From an uncultured Alphaproteobacteria bacterium (lineage in GTDB: Bacteria > Pseudomonadota > Alphaproteobacteria > Rhizobiales > Beijerinckiaceae), in the NCBI GenBank assembly GCA_963835955.1, contig CAWIHZ010000006.1:11118-75117 (forward strand): a stretch of DNA of 64,000 bases, in the 5' to 3' direction. A model generated the notes under the pieces. It worked only from the letters and a program-made list of their open reading frames with translations, searched no databases and was not told the DNA's origin. How positions within the stretch are numbered: position 1 is the first letter of the stretch; each line of letters begins with the position of its first letter. Positions 19,824 to 30,534 of this stretch are shown here, piece by piece. Made by a program: the position numbers and the translations under genes.

Positions 19824-21365
19824 GTGACGACCGTGGCCAGCGCCGCTCCCGCGATCGAACTGATCGGCATCGACAAGAGCTTCGGGCCGGTTCACGCCAA
19901 CAACAAGGTCAATCTTGTCGTCGAACGCGGCGTCATACATGGCGTCGTCGGCGAGAACGGGGCCGGCAAGTCGACGCTGATGTCGATCCTCTACGGCTTC
20001 TACGAAGCCGACGCCGGCGAAATCCGCGTCAACGGCAAGCCGGTCAGAATCCGCTCCCCGCGCGAGGCGATCAGCCACGGCATCGGCATGGTGCACCAGC
20101 ATTTCATGCTGGTGCCGCCGCTGAGCGTGCTCGAAAACGTCATGCTCGGCGCCGAGGGCGGGGCGCTGCTCGCCGAGGGCGCAAGGGCTGTTCGCTCGAA
20201 ACTGGCCGAACTTGGAAGGGAATACGGCCTCGAAGTCGATCCCAACGCGATCGTCGGAGAATTGTCGGTCGGCCTGCAACAGCGGGTCGAGATCTTGAAG
20301 GCCCTGGTGCGCGGGGCGGAGATCCTGGTGCTCGACGAGCCGACGGCAGTGCTGACCCCGGCGGAGGCCGACCAGCTGTTCGAGATGCTGCGGGTGCTGA
20401 AGGGCGAGAACAAGACCATCATCTTCATCACCCACAAGCTGCGCGAGATCATGAGCCTGACCGACCGCGTCTCAGTGATGCGGCGCGGCGAGATGGTCGC
20501 GACTTTCGACACCGCTGAGACCTCCCCGCCCGAACTCGCCGACGCGATGGTTGGGCGCAAGGTCATTCTCACGATTCAGAAGGAGGCCGCGCATCCGGGC
20601 GAGGTCGCCCTGGAGGCGCGCCGTCTCGTCGTGCGCGACGATCGTGGAATCGTGCGCGTCGACGACGTCTCCTTCAAGCTGAGAGCAGGCGAAATCCTCG
20701 GCGTCGCCGGCGTCGCCGGCAACGGACAGTCGGAGCTTCTCGAGGCGCTCGCGGGCATTCGCCCGCTGAGCGGCGGCGAAATTCTCGTCGAGGGCGAGGC
20801 CTTGCCGCCGGCGAAGCGCAATCCGCGCCTGGAGCGCCTGCTGGGGATCGGCCACGTGCCGGAGGATCGCCACCGTGTCGGCCTGGTGATGTCGTTCGAG
20901 GCGTGCGAAAGCGCGATGCTTGGCTTCCATCGCGAGAAGATCTACGGCAAAGGGGTGCTCTATGACCGCGGGGCGATCATCGCCGACGCCGAGCGCAAGA
21001 TGGAGGCCTTCGATGTGCGCCCGCGCGCGCCCTTGCTGAGGACCGCCAATTTCTCCGGCGGCAATCAGCAGAAGATCGTGCTGGCGCGCGAGATCGAGCG
21101 CAATCCGAAAATCCTTCTGGTCGGGCAGCCGACGCGCGGCGTCGACATAGGCGCGATCGAATTCATCCACAAGCGCATCGTCGCTCAGCGCGACGCGGGC
21201 AAGGCGGTGCTGCTCGTTTCGGTCGAACTCGACGAAATCTTCGCCCTCAGCGACCGGATCATCGTCTTGTGTGGCGGACGCATCACCGGCGAGAGAATGC
21301 CCGAGGAGACCAACGCGCAGGACCTCGGCCTCCTGATGGCCGGCGTCAACGAGCGCGCGGCGTGA
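19824..21365 (+). CDS. ABC transporter ATP-binding protein with two ATPase domains (nucleoside/sugar type)
   Basis: 513 aa. GENGAGKST plus [15 protein letters not shown] plus ILVLDEPT in the first half; [15 protein letters not shown] plus [14 protein letters not shown] in the second. Confidence 0.9.
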   Translation: MTTVASAAPAIELIGIDKSFGPVHANNKVNLVVERGVIHGVVGENGAGKSTLMSILYGFYEADAGEIRVNGKPVRIRSPREAISHGIGMVHQHFMLVPPLSVLENVMLGAEGGALLAEGARAVRSKLAELGREYGLEVDPNAIVGELSVGLQQRVEILKALVRGAEILVLDEPTAVLTPAEADQLFEMLRVLKGENKTIIFITHKLREIMSLTDRVSVMRRGEMVATFDTAETSPPELADAMVGRKVILTIQKEAAHPGEVALEARRLVVRDDRGIVRVDDVSFKLRAGEILGVAGVAGNGQSELLEALAGIRPLSGGEILVEGEALPPAKRNPRLERLLGIGHVPEDRHRVGLVMSFEACESAMLGFHREKIYGKGVLYDRGAIIADAERKMEAFDVRPRAPLLRTANFSGGNQQKIVLAREIERNPKILLVGQPTRGVDIGAIEFIHKRIVAQRDAGKAVLLVSVELDEIFALSDRIIVLCGGRITGERMPEETNAQDLGLLMAGVNERAA

Positions 21366-22474
21366 GCGCGCCTCAGAAGCCCCTGCCCGCGTGGGCCGAC
21401 GTCGCCCTGATTCCAGTCATCAACGTCGCCGTGGCTTTCATCATCTCCGGCTTCGTCGTGCTGGCGATCGGCGAGAATCCGATTGAGGCGGTGAAGATCC
21501 TGATCGTCGGCGCGCTCGGCGATCTCGAAGGCATCGGCTTCACGCTTTACTATGCGACCAGTTTCATCTTCACCGGCCTCGCGGTCGCGATCTGCTTCCA
21601 CGCTGGGCTGTTCAACATCGGCGTCGACGGCCAGGCCTATATCGCCGGGCTCGGGGCCGCGTTGGTGGCTCTTCACCTCGGCTTTCTGTTTCCCGGCTAT
21701 TTGCTGGTCGTCGCTGCGATTATCGGCGCGGCCCTGTTCGGCGCCGCGTTCGCGGCCATCCCCGGATATCTGCAGGCCTACCGCGACAGCCATATCGTCA
21801 TCACGACGATCATGTTCAATTACATCGCTTCCGCCATCATGGGCTACCTGCTGGTCGAGGTTCTGCGCATGCCCGGCCAGATGAACGCCGAGACGCCCGG
21901 GTTCCCCAAGTTCGGCAGAGTGCCGCAATTCCATGAACTGCTCGCCGGTCTGGGCGTCCATTGGCCGGAGACGCCCTTCAACCTCTCGTTCCTGCTGGCG
22001 CTCGCCGCCGCGTTCGCCGTCTGGCTGCTGATCTGGCGCACGCGGCTCGGCTACGAGATCCGCACCGTCGGAGCCAATCCGACCGCCGCGATCTATGGCG
22101 GCATTTCACCCGCGCGGGTCACGGTCGTAACCACGCTGTTGTCGGGCGCGCTCGCCGGCGGCCTCGCGGCCAATGTGATCCTCGGAGAGGAGCACCGCCT
22201 CATTCTCGAATATACCGCCGGGTTCGGGTTCGTCGGCATCGCGGTCGCGCTGATGGGACGAGCCCATCCGGTCGGCATCATTCTCGCCGCCATCCTGTTC
22301 GGCGTGCTCTATCAGGGCGGCGCCGAACTGGCGTTCGAAAAGCCGAAGATCAGTCGCGATATGATCATCGTCATCCAGGGCCTGGTGGTGCTGTTCGCCG
22401 GCGCGCTGGAGCATATGTTCCGCCGTCCGGTCGCCACCCTGCTCGCGCGACGCACGACACAGCCGCCGATCTGA
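21362..22474 (+). CDS. ABC transporter permease
   Basis: Polytopic hydrophobic protein. GTG 21362 overlaps the ATPase stop (GTGA). The first 31 codons of the track ORF are the Arg-rich overlap frame. Confidence 0.85.
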   Translation: MSAPQKPLPAWADVALIPVINVAVAFIISGFVVLAIGENPIEAVKILIVGALGDLEGIGFTLYYATSFIFTGLAVAICFHAGLFNIGVDGQAYIAGLGAALVALHLGFLFPGYLLVVAAIIGAALFGAAFAAIPGYLQAYRDSHIVITTIMFNYIASAIMGYLLVEVLRMPGQMNAETPGFPKFGRVPQFHELLAGLGVHWPETPFNLSFLLALAAAFAVWLLIWRTRLGYEIRTVGANPTAAIYGGISPARVTVVTTLLSGALAGGLAANVILGEEHRLILEYTAGFGFVGIAVALMGRAHPVGIILAAILFGVLYQGGAELAFEKPKISRDMIIVIQGLVVLFAGALEHMFRRPVATLLARRTTQPPI

Positions 22475-22487
22475 GGGGTCGACGCCG

Positions 22488-23459
22488 ATGGATCTCTTCA
22501 ACGCCTTCATCGTCGTCTTCGATTCGGGCATCCGGCTGGGCACGCCTCTGATCCTGGCCTGCCTCGCGGGCCTTTGGTCGGAGCGCTCGGGCGTGGTCGA
22601 CATCGCCCTCGAAGGCAAGATGCTGGTCGGCGCCTTCGCCTCCGCCGCGGGCGCGGCCTTCACCGGCAGCGTCTGGGCGGGATTGCTCGCCGGCGTCCTG
22701 GCGACGGTCGTCGTGTCGCTGGTTCACGGCTACGCCTCGATCGATCAGCGCGCCAATCAGATCGTCTCCGGCACCGCGATCAACATGGTCGCCGCCGGCC
22801 TGACCGCCTTGATCGGCAACGCGATCTGGTCGCAGGGCGGGCGCTCGCCGGAATTGCCCTCGAGCGCCCAGTTCGGCGCCATCAGGCTGCCCTTCGTCGA
22901 CGCAGTCGGACGCGTCCCGATCCTGGGGCCGGTTTACCAGCATCTGATCTCCGGCCACGACCTGGTCACGTATGTCGCCTTCCTGCTCGCGCCGCTGACC
23001 TATTGGGCTCTCTACAGCACCCGATTCGGACTCAGGCTGCGCGCAGTCGGCGAGAACCCGGCCGCCGTCGACACCGCCGGCTTGTCGGTGCGCGGGTTGC
23101 GCTATGGCGCGGTGGTGATCTGCGGCGTGCTGGTCGGACTGGCCGGCGTCTACCTGGTGTTGTCGCAGGCCGCCTACTTTCAGCCGAACATGAGCGCCGG
23201 CAAGGGATTCATCGCCCTCGCCGCGCTGGTGTTCGCCAAGTGGCGGCCCTGGCCGGCGCTGGCGACCTGCCTGCTGTTCGGCTTTCTCGATGCGGTCGCG
23301 ATCCGCCTGCAGGGGGTCGAACTGCCGGTCATCGGACCGGTGCCGGTGCAGGCGATCGAGGCGTTGCCCTACGTTCTGACCGTCATCCTGCTCGCCGGCT
23401 TCATCGGCAAGGCGATCCCGCCCAGGGCCTCGGGGATTCCCTATGTCAAAGAGCGCTGA
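22488..23459 (+). CDS. ABC transporter permease
   Basis: 323-aa polytopic membrane protein directly downstream of the first permease. Confidence 0.85.
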   Translation: MDLFNAFIVVFDSGIRLGTPLILACLAGLWSERSGVVDIALEGKMLVGAFASAAGAAFTGSVWAGLLAGVLATVVVSLVHGYASIDQRANQIVSGTAINMVAAGLTALIGNAIWSQGGRSPELPSSAQFGAIRLPFVDAVGRVPILGPVYQHLISGHDLVTYVAFLLAPLTYWALYSTRFGLRLRAVGENPAAVDTAGLSVRGLRYGAVVICGVLVGLAGVYLVLSQAAYFQPNMSAGKGFIALAALVFAKWRPWPALATCLLFGFLDAVAIRLQGVELPVIGPVPVQAIEALPYVLTVILLAGFIGKAIPPRASGIPYVKER

Positions 23460-23862
23460 AGCCGCGCTCGCCGAATTGTTCGAGGCCGCGAAGGCCGCGC
23501 AGGCCAACGCCTATGCGCCCTATTCGCGCTTCAAGGTCGGCGCGGCGCTGAGAACGCCGTCGGGGGCGATCTATTCGGGGGGCAATGTCGAGAACGCCGC
23601 CTATCCCGAAGGGGTCTGCGCGGAAACGAGCGCGATTTCGGCGATGGCGTTCAGCGGCGAACGGCGGATCGAGGAAATCCTTGTCATCGGCGATGGCGAG
23701 GGCCTGTGCACGCCCTGCGGCGGCTGCCGCCAGCGCCTGCGCGAATTTTCCGACAGCGGGACGAGGATCCACATCGCCGGCCCGGAAGGCGTGCGCGCGA
23801 GTTTCACGCTCGAGGAACTGCTGCCGCGGTCCTTCGGCCCCGACCATCTGACGGCGCGATAG
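23443..23862 (+). CDS. cdd: cytidine deaminase
   Basis: YAPYSRFKVGAAL..., zinc motifs CAETSAI and CTPCGGCRQ; 139 aa. Confidence 0.9.
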   Translation: MSKSAEAALAELFEAAKAAQANAYAPYSRFKVGAALRTPSGAIYSGGNVENAAYPEGVCAETSAISAMAFSGERRIEEILVIGDGEGLCTPCGGCRQRLREFSDSGTRIHIAGPEGVRASFTLEELLPRSFGPDHLTAR

Positions 23863-24825
23863 GGCTTCGACCCGCGCCAGGGATGGTGAACTCTCCCCGC
23901 GGCGTCGGCGCCGCCCCGACCGGCGTTTATCGCCGCTTTTCCGCGCCGGCTCAATCTTTTCAAGGACTTGACCGCCGGTTTACCGCCGCACGGATCCGCC
24001 AGGCCGGTTGCCCTTCTCCGCTCGCGGGCAGAACGTGCGACCATTCGCTCAACGGCCGCATAAGCGAGAAACGGAGGTCGCCAACGATCCTGCGGGCGGT
24101 GAAGGTCAGAGCCATTCTGGGTCGCGGATTTTTTTGTTTCAATGGCTTGCGGCGCCATTCGGTTCCGGCCCGGCGCGCCTCGGGCGCCCTTGCGGGCTCG
24201 TTGTTCAATTTACAGATTGTTATTGTCATAAAAACGATGGACTGGCGCCGCCTCGGGTCGCAGATTGCGTTGTCGCCAACGCTTTTGGCGCTGTTTTTGA
24301 GCCCGATTCCGGCCGCGAACCGCTTGCGTGGCCAGTGCGCTCGGTTAAGCCCCCGATTTTAGGGGCATGAAGGACGCGGCGATTGCAAGGACAACCGGAC
24401 ATGGGCGACCGCCAAAGGGGACCGGTCCGGTTTCGGGCCCTTTAGGCGGACGTGGCGCCAGCCACAAGATCGACGCCGGTTTCCTCGCGAACCCGCCCTT
24501 CTTAACGTTTGAGCGTCACATTACGCCGCGCCAAGGCTCGTCGCGGCCGCTTTCTCGGCGCTCGTCAAGCGCGCTCCGATCCAGCGACTTCGGGCATTAT
24601 AGCCGGCTTTCTGATTTTCGCAAGAATTTGTCGGGCGCTTTTCGCGGCAGCCGTTGGTCCCCAAAAAATCGGGCCTTCGGGGCCGAAGACCGGCAAGGCT
24701 TCAACGCGTCCTGGCCGGCCTTGCGCCGGCCATCCACACGGTTGGGGCGCGTCGAGCGCACGGGGAGAAGACAAGCGGCGGCGAAAAGCCCTTATTTCTT
24801 AAGGGTTTGCGGCGGTGAGGCGTGG

Positions 24826-24848
24826 ATGGCCGGGACAAGCCCGGCCAT
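24826..24848. repeat. perfect 9-bp-stem palindrome ATGGCCGGG-ACAAG-CCCGGCCAT
   Basis: Read directly from the sequence. A related CCGGGACAAGC motif recurs inverted at 49870-49880. Confidence 0.5.
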
Positions 24849-25359
24849 GACGACAAGGGATCGAAGGCAAGCAAGCGATCACGGCCGGCCAAGTGTTGAT
24901 GCGATAAGAGCCAATTGTTAAAAAAGAATGCGGCCGGCGCGCAACATGACGGTCAAGCTGGTCGCCGGCCGCCTCGCCGCTCTTCTCTTTGGCGCGTTCA
25001 CGCCTATATGGAATCACACATCTGAATTGGAGTGCTATATACGTGAATAAATTGAAATATGCGCGAGACCATGCCCGGCCGGCTTCGCGGCTGGTGGTCG
25101 GCGATCTCTGCGCGCAGCTTATCTCACTCAACCGTTATGGCGCGGACGGTCTTGGCTCCGCGGTCGCTGAAGTTTCCATCGGTCTTGCAACCGGGCTGAG
25201 AAGCGCGCTGCGGTTCGCTTTTCGCCGCGCTGTTCGCGCGGACGGGCTCGCATAGAGCCCATGGCGATTCGGCCGAATCGCCGAGGGCTCCACATTTCTT
25301 TGATTTCCGCGCGCTTGGTCGCGGAAACGCCAGTCGTCAAAATCAAACGCTTGGCGCCC

Positions 25360-26688
25360 CTTAGGCGCCGTCCGCGAATAGTTGAATCGTTTTAGGTCAG
25401 ATTTGAGTTGGATGGATTCCGTCGGCGGACGGCATTCTATAGCATGCTGGCATGATTGATGAATCGGCTATTCGCTTGCGGTTTGCGACGCTCGATCCGG
25501 TGCTCGATGAGCGCGGTCGGCGACGGTTTGCGGCGGCGGAAGCGCTGAGTGCGGGACGCGGCGGGATCGCCGCCGTTTCGCGGGCCACGGGGCTTGCGCG
25601 CAGCACGATTGGGCGGGCGCTGAGCGAGTTGCGCGGCGGCGAGAAGGTTGACGCGGAGCGCGTGCGCCGGGCGGGCGGCGGCCGCAAGCCGGCGAGCGAG
25701 ACGGACGCGAGCCTGCTGGAGGATCTGCGCTCTCTTCTTGAGCCGACGACGCGCGGCGATCCGCAATCGCCGCTATTGTGGACCTGCAAGAGCCTTCGCA
25801 AGCTCAGCCAGAGCTTGCGGGACATGGGCCACACCGTCGGGCGCACGCTTGTGGGCGATCTCCTGCGCAAGCTCGACTACAGCTTGCAGTCCAATCGCAA
25901 GACGCGGGAAGGCTCGAACCATCCCGATCGCGACGCGCAGTTCCACTATATCAACGATCGCGTGAAGGAAGCGCTCGCTGCAGGCGAACCAGCAATCTCC
26001 GTCGACACAAAGAAGAAGGAGCTGGTCGGCGACTTCAAGAACGCCGGGCGCGAATGGCGGCCGCAGGGCTCGCCTGAGGAAGTCCGCGTTCATGACTTCG
26101 TCATCCCGGAACTCGGGCGGGCCGTGCCTTACGGCGTCTACGACATCGCCGGCAACGCCGGCTGGGTCAGTGTCGGCGTCGACCACGACACGGCGGCCTT
26201 CGCGGTCAACGCCATTCGCGCCTGGTGGAGGCTCATGGGGCGCGAGCGCTATCCGAACGCCCGCAGTTTGTTGATCACGGCCGACGGCGGCGGCAGCAAC
26301 GGCTCACGCGTGCGGCTGTGGAAGCTGGAACTGCAGAAGCTCGCCGACGAACTCAGCGTGCCGATCACCGTATGCCACCTGCCGCCCGGCACAAGCAAAT
26401 GGAACAGGATCGAGCATCGCCTGTTCTCGTTCATCACCGGCAACTGGCGCGGAAAGCCGCTCGTCAGCCATCAGGTCATCGTCCAACTGATCGCCGCAAC
26501 AACGACGACGACCGGCCTCAAAGTGCGCTGCGAACTCGACCCAAACGCCTATCCCGCCGGCCTCAAAGTGTCGGACGACGAGATCGAAGCCGTCAATCTC
26601 ACCCGCCACGACTTTCACGGCGAATGGAATTATACGATCACCCCAAACCTGCCCTAGCCGAAGCGATAGTTCGCGGACAACGCCTTAG
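25360..26688 (+). mobile_element. ISAzo13-family insertion sequence (boundaries tentative)
   Basis: CTTAGGCGCCGTCCGCGAA (25360-25378) versus the reverse complement of 26670-26688, CTAAGGCGTTGTCCGCGAA: 16/19 identical. The pair brackets the transposase ORF. I saw no clear direct repeats. Confidence 0.55.
25452..26657 (+). CDS. ISAzo13-family transposase (Rhodopirellula-type DDE transposase domain)
   Basis: 401 aa. ...DPQSPLLWTCKSLRKLSQSLRDMGHTVGRTLVGDLLRKLDYSLQSNRKTREGSNHPDRDAQFHYIN...ISVDTKKKELVGDFKN...PYGVYD...ADGGGSNGSRVRLWKLELQKLADE...VCHLPPGTSKWNRIEHRLFSFI... Confidence 0.85.
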   Translation: MIDESAIRLRFATLDPVLDERGRRRFAAAEALSAGRGGIAAVSRATGLARSTIGRALSELRGGEKVDAERVRRAGGGRKPASETDASLLEDLRSLLEPTTRGDPQSPLLWTCKSLRKLSQSLRDMGHTVGRTLVGDLLRKLDYSLQSNRKTREGSNHPDRDAQFHYINDRVKEALAAGEPAISVDTKKKELVGDFKNAGREWRPQGSPEEVRVHDFVIPELGRAVPYGVYDIAGNAGWVSVGVDHDTAAFAVNAIRAWWRLMGRERYPNARSLLITADGGGSNGSRVRLWKLELQKLADELSVPITVCHLPPGTSKWNRIEHRLFSFITGNWRGKPLVSHQVIVQLIAATTTTTGLKVRCELDPNAYPAGLKVSDDEIEAVNLTRHDFHGEWNYTITPNLP

Positions 26689-26849
26689 CGAGGGTCGCCA
26701 TCGAGGAAGCCGTCGTGCGAAGACGACGGAGTGGATGACGGCAATGCGCAAGAAGCGGGTGTTCCGCGACGGCACGACAAACGCGTCATTTCCGACTCTT
26801 TTCTGCCCTTCCCGGTCGGTCCCGTACGTGATGAGAGCGCCAGCGGCGG

Positions 26850-27944
26850 TCATTCCGCTGTTTGCGGGAGCGCGGAGAGGGCTGACCGTTCAATCTCCTT
26901 CTGTTTCCATTCGGAGGGCGGGAGACCCGCCATCCTGGCGAAGAACCGTGTGAACGCGCTGACCTCGGAATAGCCGAGTATTTTTGCGAGGCTGCCGACG
27001 CTGACTTGGGTGTCCCGCAATAGCTGGCTCGCGATCTCGAAGCGCGCCTCATTCATTGCGTCCCGGAAGGAAAAGCCGCGCACCTGCAGCGCCCGGTTCA
27101 GCGTCCGGGGATGCATGACGAGCAGGTCGGCGGTCGCCTGCAAGGACGGCGTTCCCGCCAGCACCGAGGGGACGAGCACGCGCATGACGCCGTCGAGAAT
27201 GTCGGGCTGCAGATAGTTCCAGCGTTTGGCGACGAACTTGCGGATGTCGGCTCGCCGGGCGGGATCGGCGGTCGGAATGGGCCTCGAGAGCGCAGCGCGG
27301 GTGTAAACAAGTCCGAAGTGCTCCGCCCCGAAAACGAGCTTCGCGCGGCCGACCGCCTTTTTGTAGGCTGAAAGATTGGCTGGTCGCGGAAGGGAGAGAA
27401 GGACGCGCGCCGGCTCGACGCCGCAGAGTTCGGCAAACACAACGCGGCCAAAGGCGACGCAGGCGGCGCTAAATAGCGCCGAGCCGCGCAGACCGGGATG
27501 ATGGACGCGGTGTCCAATGAGGAGACCCTCTTCTCCGAGATCAACGAGGTACGGGCCCGCTCCCCGCACATAGCGGGGATGGTTTGCGACGAAATCGACG
27601 AGAGCCGACCCGAAGTTTGGCGCGGCGGACAAGAGACTTCCGACGATCCCGAGATGGCGGAGACGACCTGACGCGCCCAGGACAAGGTTGAAGTCGCCGC
27701 GCCCGGTCGCTTCCGCGGCTCTTACGAGCAGGTTGGTGGCGGTCATGAACGGCAGCCGACCCTCGATGTCGGAAATTGCGGCGCCGGCGATCCCGAGGCT
27801 TCGGAGAAAAGGTTCTGGCGAGACGGCCATCTCACGCAGAAGGCTTGGGGCCTCGACGAAAACGCCGACCCGCTGGACAGGCAGGCTCTCGTGGTTCTCG
27901 ACCGTTGCGCGGGACGGTCGTCGATCTATCGATCCGGGGTCCAT
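26850..27944 (-). CDS. AraC-family transcriptional regulator
   Basis: C-terminal double HTH ...ATADLLVMHPRTLNRALQVRGFSFRDAMNEARFEIASQLLRDTQVSVGSLAKILGYSEVSAFTRFFARMAGLPPSEW. The N-terminal part resembles AraC_N ligand-binding domains. Confidence 0.85.
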   Translation of the reverse strand: MDPGSIDRRPSRATVENHESLPVQRVGVFVEAPSLLREMAVSPEPFLRSLGIAGAAISDIEGRLPFMTATNLLVRAAEATGRGDFNLVLGASGRLRHLGIVGSLLSAAPNFGSALVDFVANHPRYVRGAGPYLVDLGEEGLLIGHRVHHPGLRGSALFSAACVAFGRVVFAELCGVEPARVLLSLPRPANLSAYKKAVGRAKLVFGAEHFGLVYTRAALSRPIPTADPARRADIRKFVAKRWNYLQPDILDGVMRVLVPSVLAGTPSLQATADLLVMHPRTLNRALQVRGFSFRDAMNEARFEIASQLLRDTQVSVGSLAKILGYSEVSAFTRFFARMAGLPPSEWKQKEIERSALSALPQTAE

Positions 27945-28078
27945 CCAGCACCGCGTCGCGTCGTCTCAAGGCGGAAAACGAACGTCACTTTGTCGGAAAA
28001 TGTCAAGACCGCGCGACCGCGTCGCGAATAGGGTTCGCGCCCGCCGCCGAGCGAAGGCGACCCGCGAGGAACGCAGAG

Positions 28079-29260
28079 ATGTACTACACCGATAATTCGA
28101 TTTTGCCGGAAAACATGGCGCCGCTCATCATCACCGCCGCGCCCTACGGTCCGGCCTGGCTGCCCGGCGACGCCGACATTCCGCTCACCTGGGATGAGCA
28201 GGTCCAGGCGGCGGTCGACTGCTACAACGCCGGCGCGACCATGTTGCACGTCCACGTCCGCGACCCGGCGACGGGCCAAGGGTCCGTCAATTTCGACCAG
28301 TACAATTATCTCCTTGGGCGGCTGAAACAGGCCGTGCCGAAGATGGTCCTGCAGATCGGCGGCTCGATCTCCTTTGCTCCGCATACTGCGGAAGCAAAGG
28401 CGAAGTGGCTCAACTACGATACGCGGCACATGCTGGCCGAGATCGATCCGAAGCCGGAGTTCGTGACGGTGGCGACCGGGACGACCCAGTGGGACATCGT
28501 GTCGATGTTCGTGCCGGACGACATAAAGGGCACGCATCTCGACAACAATCCGCAGGTGCAGGCCGCCTGGGCGGGCATGTGGGTGGACGCAGGCCCCGCC
28601 TTTTACCTCGAGCACCTGAAGCGGCTCGCCGCGCACAAGATTCAGCCCTATTTCGTGCCTGGAACCATCCACCAGATGGAGATCATCGAGCGGCTGATCC
28701 GCGCGGGGGTCTACATGGGCCCCCTGAACCTGGCGATCGCCGGCTACGGCGGCGGCACGCTGGGCAGGAACCCGTTCCACTGGATGGACTTTTTGCGCCA
28801 GGTCCCGCAGGGCGCGGTCCCGACCTTCTGGTCGAGCATGCGCGGACTCATCTCGCTTTCGGCGATGGCGATCGTCCTCGGCCAGCACGTGCGGGTCGGC
28901 AACGAGGACAATCTCTGGGGACCGGACAAGAAGCGTCGGACCTCGGTGCAGCAGGTCGATGGGGCCGTGCGCATCTGCGAGGAGTTCGGCCGCAAGGTCG
29001 CGACCGCTGAGGAAGCGCGCGAGATCATGAAGGTCGGCGTCTGGTACAATAGCGTTGAGGAGACACTGATGAATCTCGGCCTTCCGCCAAACCGCCGCGA
29101 CGGCGACAAGGGCTTCCTCGTCTGGGAAACGGACGGGAAAAAGACGGTCGCCAAGGTTGCCGGCAATTCGCATCCGATGGCCTATTGCATGGTGCCGCCC
29201 GACGCGGCGAAGGCCGCTATGGAGGCTCAAAAGGCCGCGCAAGCCAAGGCCCCGGCCTGA
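28079..29260 (+). CDS. BKACE-family enzyme (3-keto-5-aminohexanoate cleavage enzyme-like, DUF849)
   Basis: MYYTDNSILPENMAPLIITAAPYGPAWLPGD...AVDCYNAGATMLHVHVRD...VRVGNEDNL matches the DUF849 pattern. ATG 28079 is in frame within track ORF 27776..29260. The C-terminal ~90 aa extension is unusual. Confidence 0.8.
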   Translation: MYYTDNSILPENMAPLIITAAPYGPAWLPGDADIPLTWDEQVQAAVDCYNAGATMLHVHVRDPATGQGSVNFDQYNYLLGRLKQAVPKMVLQIGGSISFAPHTAEAKAKWLNYDTRHMLAEIDPKPEFVTVATGTTQWDIVSMFVPDDIKGTHLDNNPQVQAAWAGMWVDAGPAFYLEHLKRLAAHKIQPYFVPGTIHQMEIIERLIRAGVYMGPLNLAIAGYGGGTLGRNPFHWMDFLRQVPQGAVPTFWSSMRGLISLSAMAIVLGQHVRVGNEDNLWGPDKKRRTSVQQVDGAVRICEEFGRKVATAEEAREIMKVGVWYNSVEETLMNLGLPPNRRDGDKGFLVWETDGKKTVAKVAGNSHPMAYCMVPPDAAKAAMEAQKAAQAKAPA

Positions 29261-29349
29261 GGTTCGTGCGCGGGGCGGCGCGACCTTTGGCGCCGCCCCT
29301 CCGAACCCTCAACACCCATTTCCAACTCAACGTCTGATGAGATCCCTCC

Positions 29350-30114
29350 ATGAACGCGCTTCTCGCGGCCTTCATCGTGTTTCTTTTCACCCTCGGCGCC
29401 GCGCTCCTCGGTCTCGGCATGAAGCGGCGCCTTGCGGAGACGCATAAGAGCGGCGAATCGCGCGGTGTCGTCGGCCAGATCGCCGGCCTGATCACCCTCC
29501 TTCTTGCGTTGGTCCTGGGCACGCTGATCGGCGTGAGCTACTCCTATTTCGCAACTCAGAGGACGGAGCTCGAAGGGTTTTCCGCCCAGGTTTTGAGGCT
29601 CGACCAAGCGTTGAAGCAATTCGGGCCCGAGACGCAGCCTGCCAGGGAGAAGCTCAAGGCGGCAATCGTCAAAGGCTATCAAGCGTTCTGGGGCGGCGGT
29701 GAGCCCGACCCCGCTGCGCTGACCGTCGCCGGGCCTTTGGCGAGCGGGCAGGCGACAATGGATTATCTGGCGACCTTGCAGCCGAAGACGGACGCGCAAA
29801 AGGCGGCTTTGGCAACCGCCAACACATACGCCAGCATGATCGAGCAGTCCCGGCTCCTGATGACCCTTCAGGTGGCAAGTCCGCCGGTGTCCTGGGTTCT
29901 CATCGCGATCCTGATCTTCTGGGCCGCCGCGCTATTCTTCGGCGCCGGCCTCTATGCCGAGTCCAACGCCGTGGTCCTCGGCGCGTTGACCTTCGGCGCC
30001 CTCTCCGTGGCTTTCGCCGTCTTTCTGATCCTCGGCATGGGCGAGCCTTACACCGGCATCGTCAAGGTGAATCCCGCAGCTCTCCGGGAGGCGATCGAAT
30101 TCATCGGCAAATAG
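29350..30114 (+). CDS. membrane protein, DUF4239 / bestrophin-like domain
   Basis: 254 aa with two N-terminal and two C-terminal TM segments around a soluble core. The family assignment is from memory of the DUF4239 architecture. Confidence 0.6.
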   Translation: MNALLAAFIVFLFTLGAALLGLGMKRRLAETHKSGESRGVVGQIAGLITLLLALVLGTLIGVSYSYFATQRTELEGFSAQVLRLDQALKQFGPETQPAREKLKAAIVKGYQAFWGGGEPDPAALTVAGPLASGQATMDYLATLQPKTDAQKAALATANTYASMIEQSRLLMTLQVASPPVSWVLIAILIFWAAALFFGAGLYAESNAVVLGALTFGALSVAFAVFLILGMGEPYTGIVKVNPAALREAIEFIGK

Positions 30115-30169
30115 TAAGGCCGAGGAGAAGACGCCCGCGATACCGCGGGCGAGACTGAAGGAGATTGAG

Positions 30170-30526
30170 ATGAAAGAGTTTGCGTTGATGTCGGGTCTCG
30201 TCGTGATCGCCCTTACCGGTGCCGCGAAAGCCGACCCCCTCGATCTCACCGCCTACGCGGACAAGGACGGCTACATCAACGTGCAGAAGCTCACCTGCGC
30301 GCAGCTCGCCAACACGTACCAGGAGGACGCCGACCACCTGACGACCTGGTACAGCGGCTGGCACAACGGCCTAGCCAAGAAGCACATTATCAAGGTCGAC
30401 CGCGCAAGGGGCCTTGAGCACGAAATCATCGTCTCTTGCCAGGCGCACCAGGACAAGAAGATCACCCAAGCGATCGATGTTGTCTTCAAGAAGTACCGCC
30501 AGGAGAACGGGATCAAGGTGAACTGA
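30170..30526 (+). CDS. small periplasmic protein, HdeA/HdeB-like
   Basis: Strong SD (AAGGAG) and a signal peptide ending AKA|DP. LTCAQLANTYQEDADHLTTWYSGWHNG resembles the HdeA-family core (xTCxxFL...W..G). Confidence 0.5.
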   Translation: MKEFALMSGLVVIALTGAAKADPLDLTAYADKDGYINVQKLTCAQLANTYQEDADHLTTWYSGWHNGLAKKHIIKVDRARGLEHEIIVSCQAHQDKKITQAIDVVFKKYRQENGIKVN

Positions 30527-30534
30527 GGCCGACC

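Noticed and set aside
24989-25255. An 88-aa ORF (alternative start VNKLKYARDHARPASR...) in the ORF-free stretch
   Set aside because: The composition is Arg/Ala-rich, with no motif and no RBS. It is kept only as part of the 'non-coding stretch' finding.
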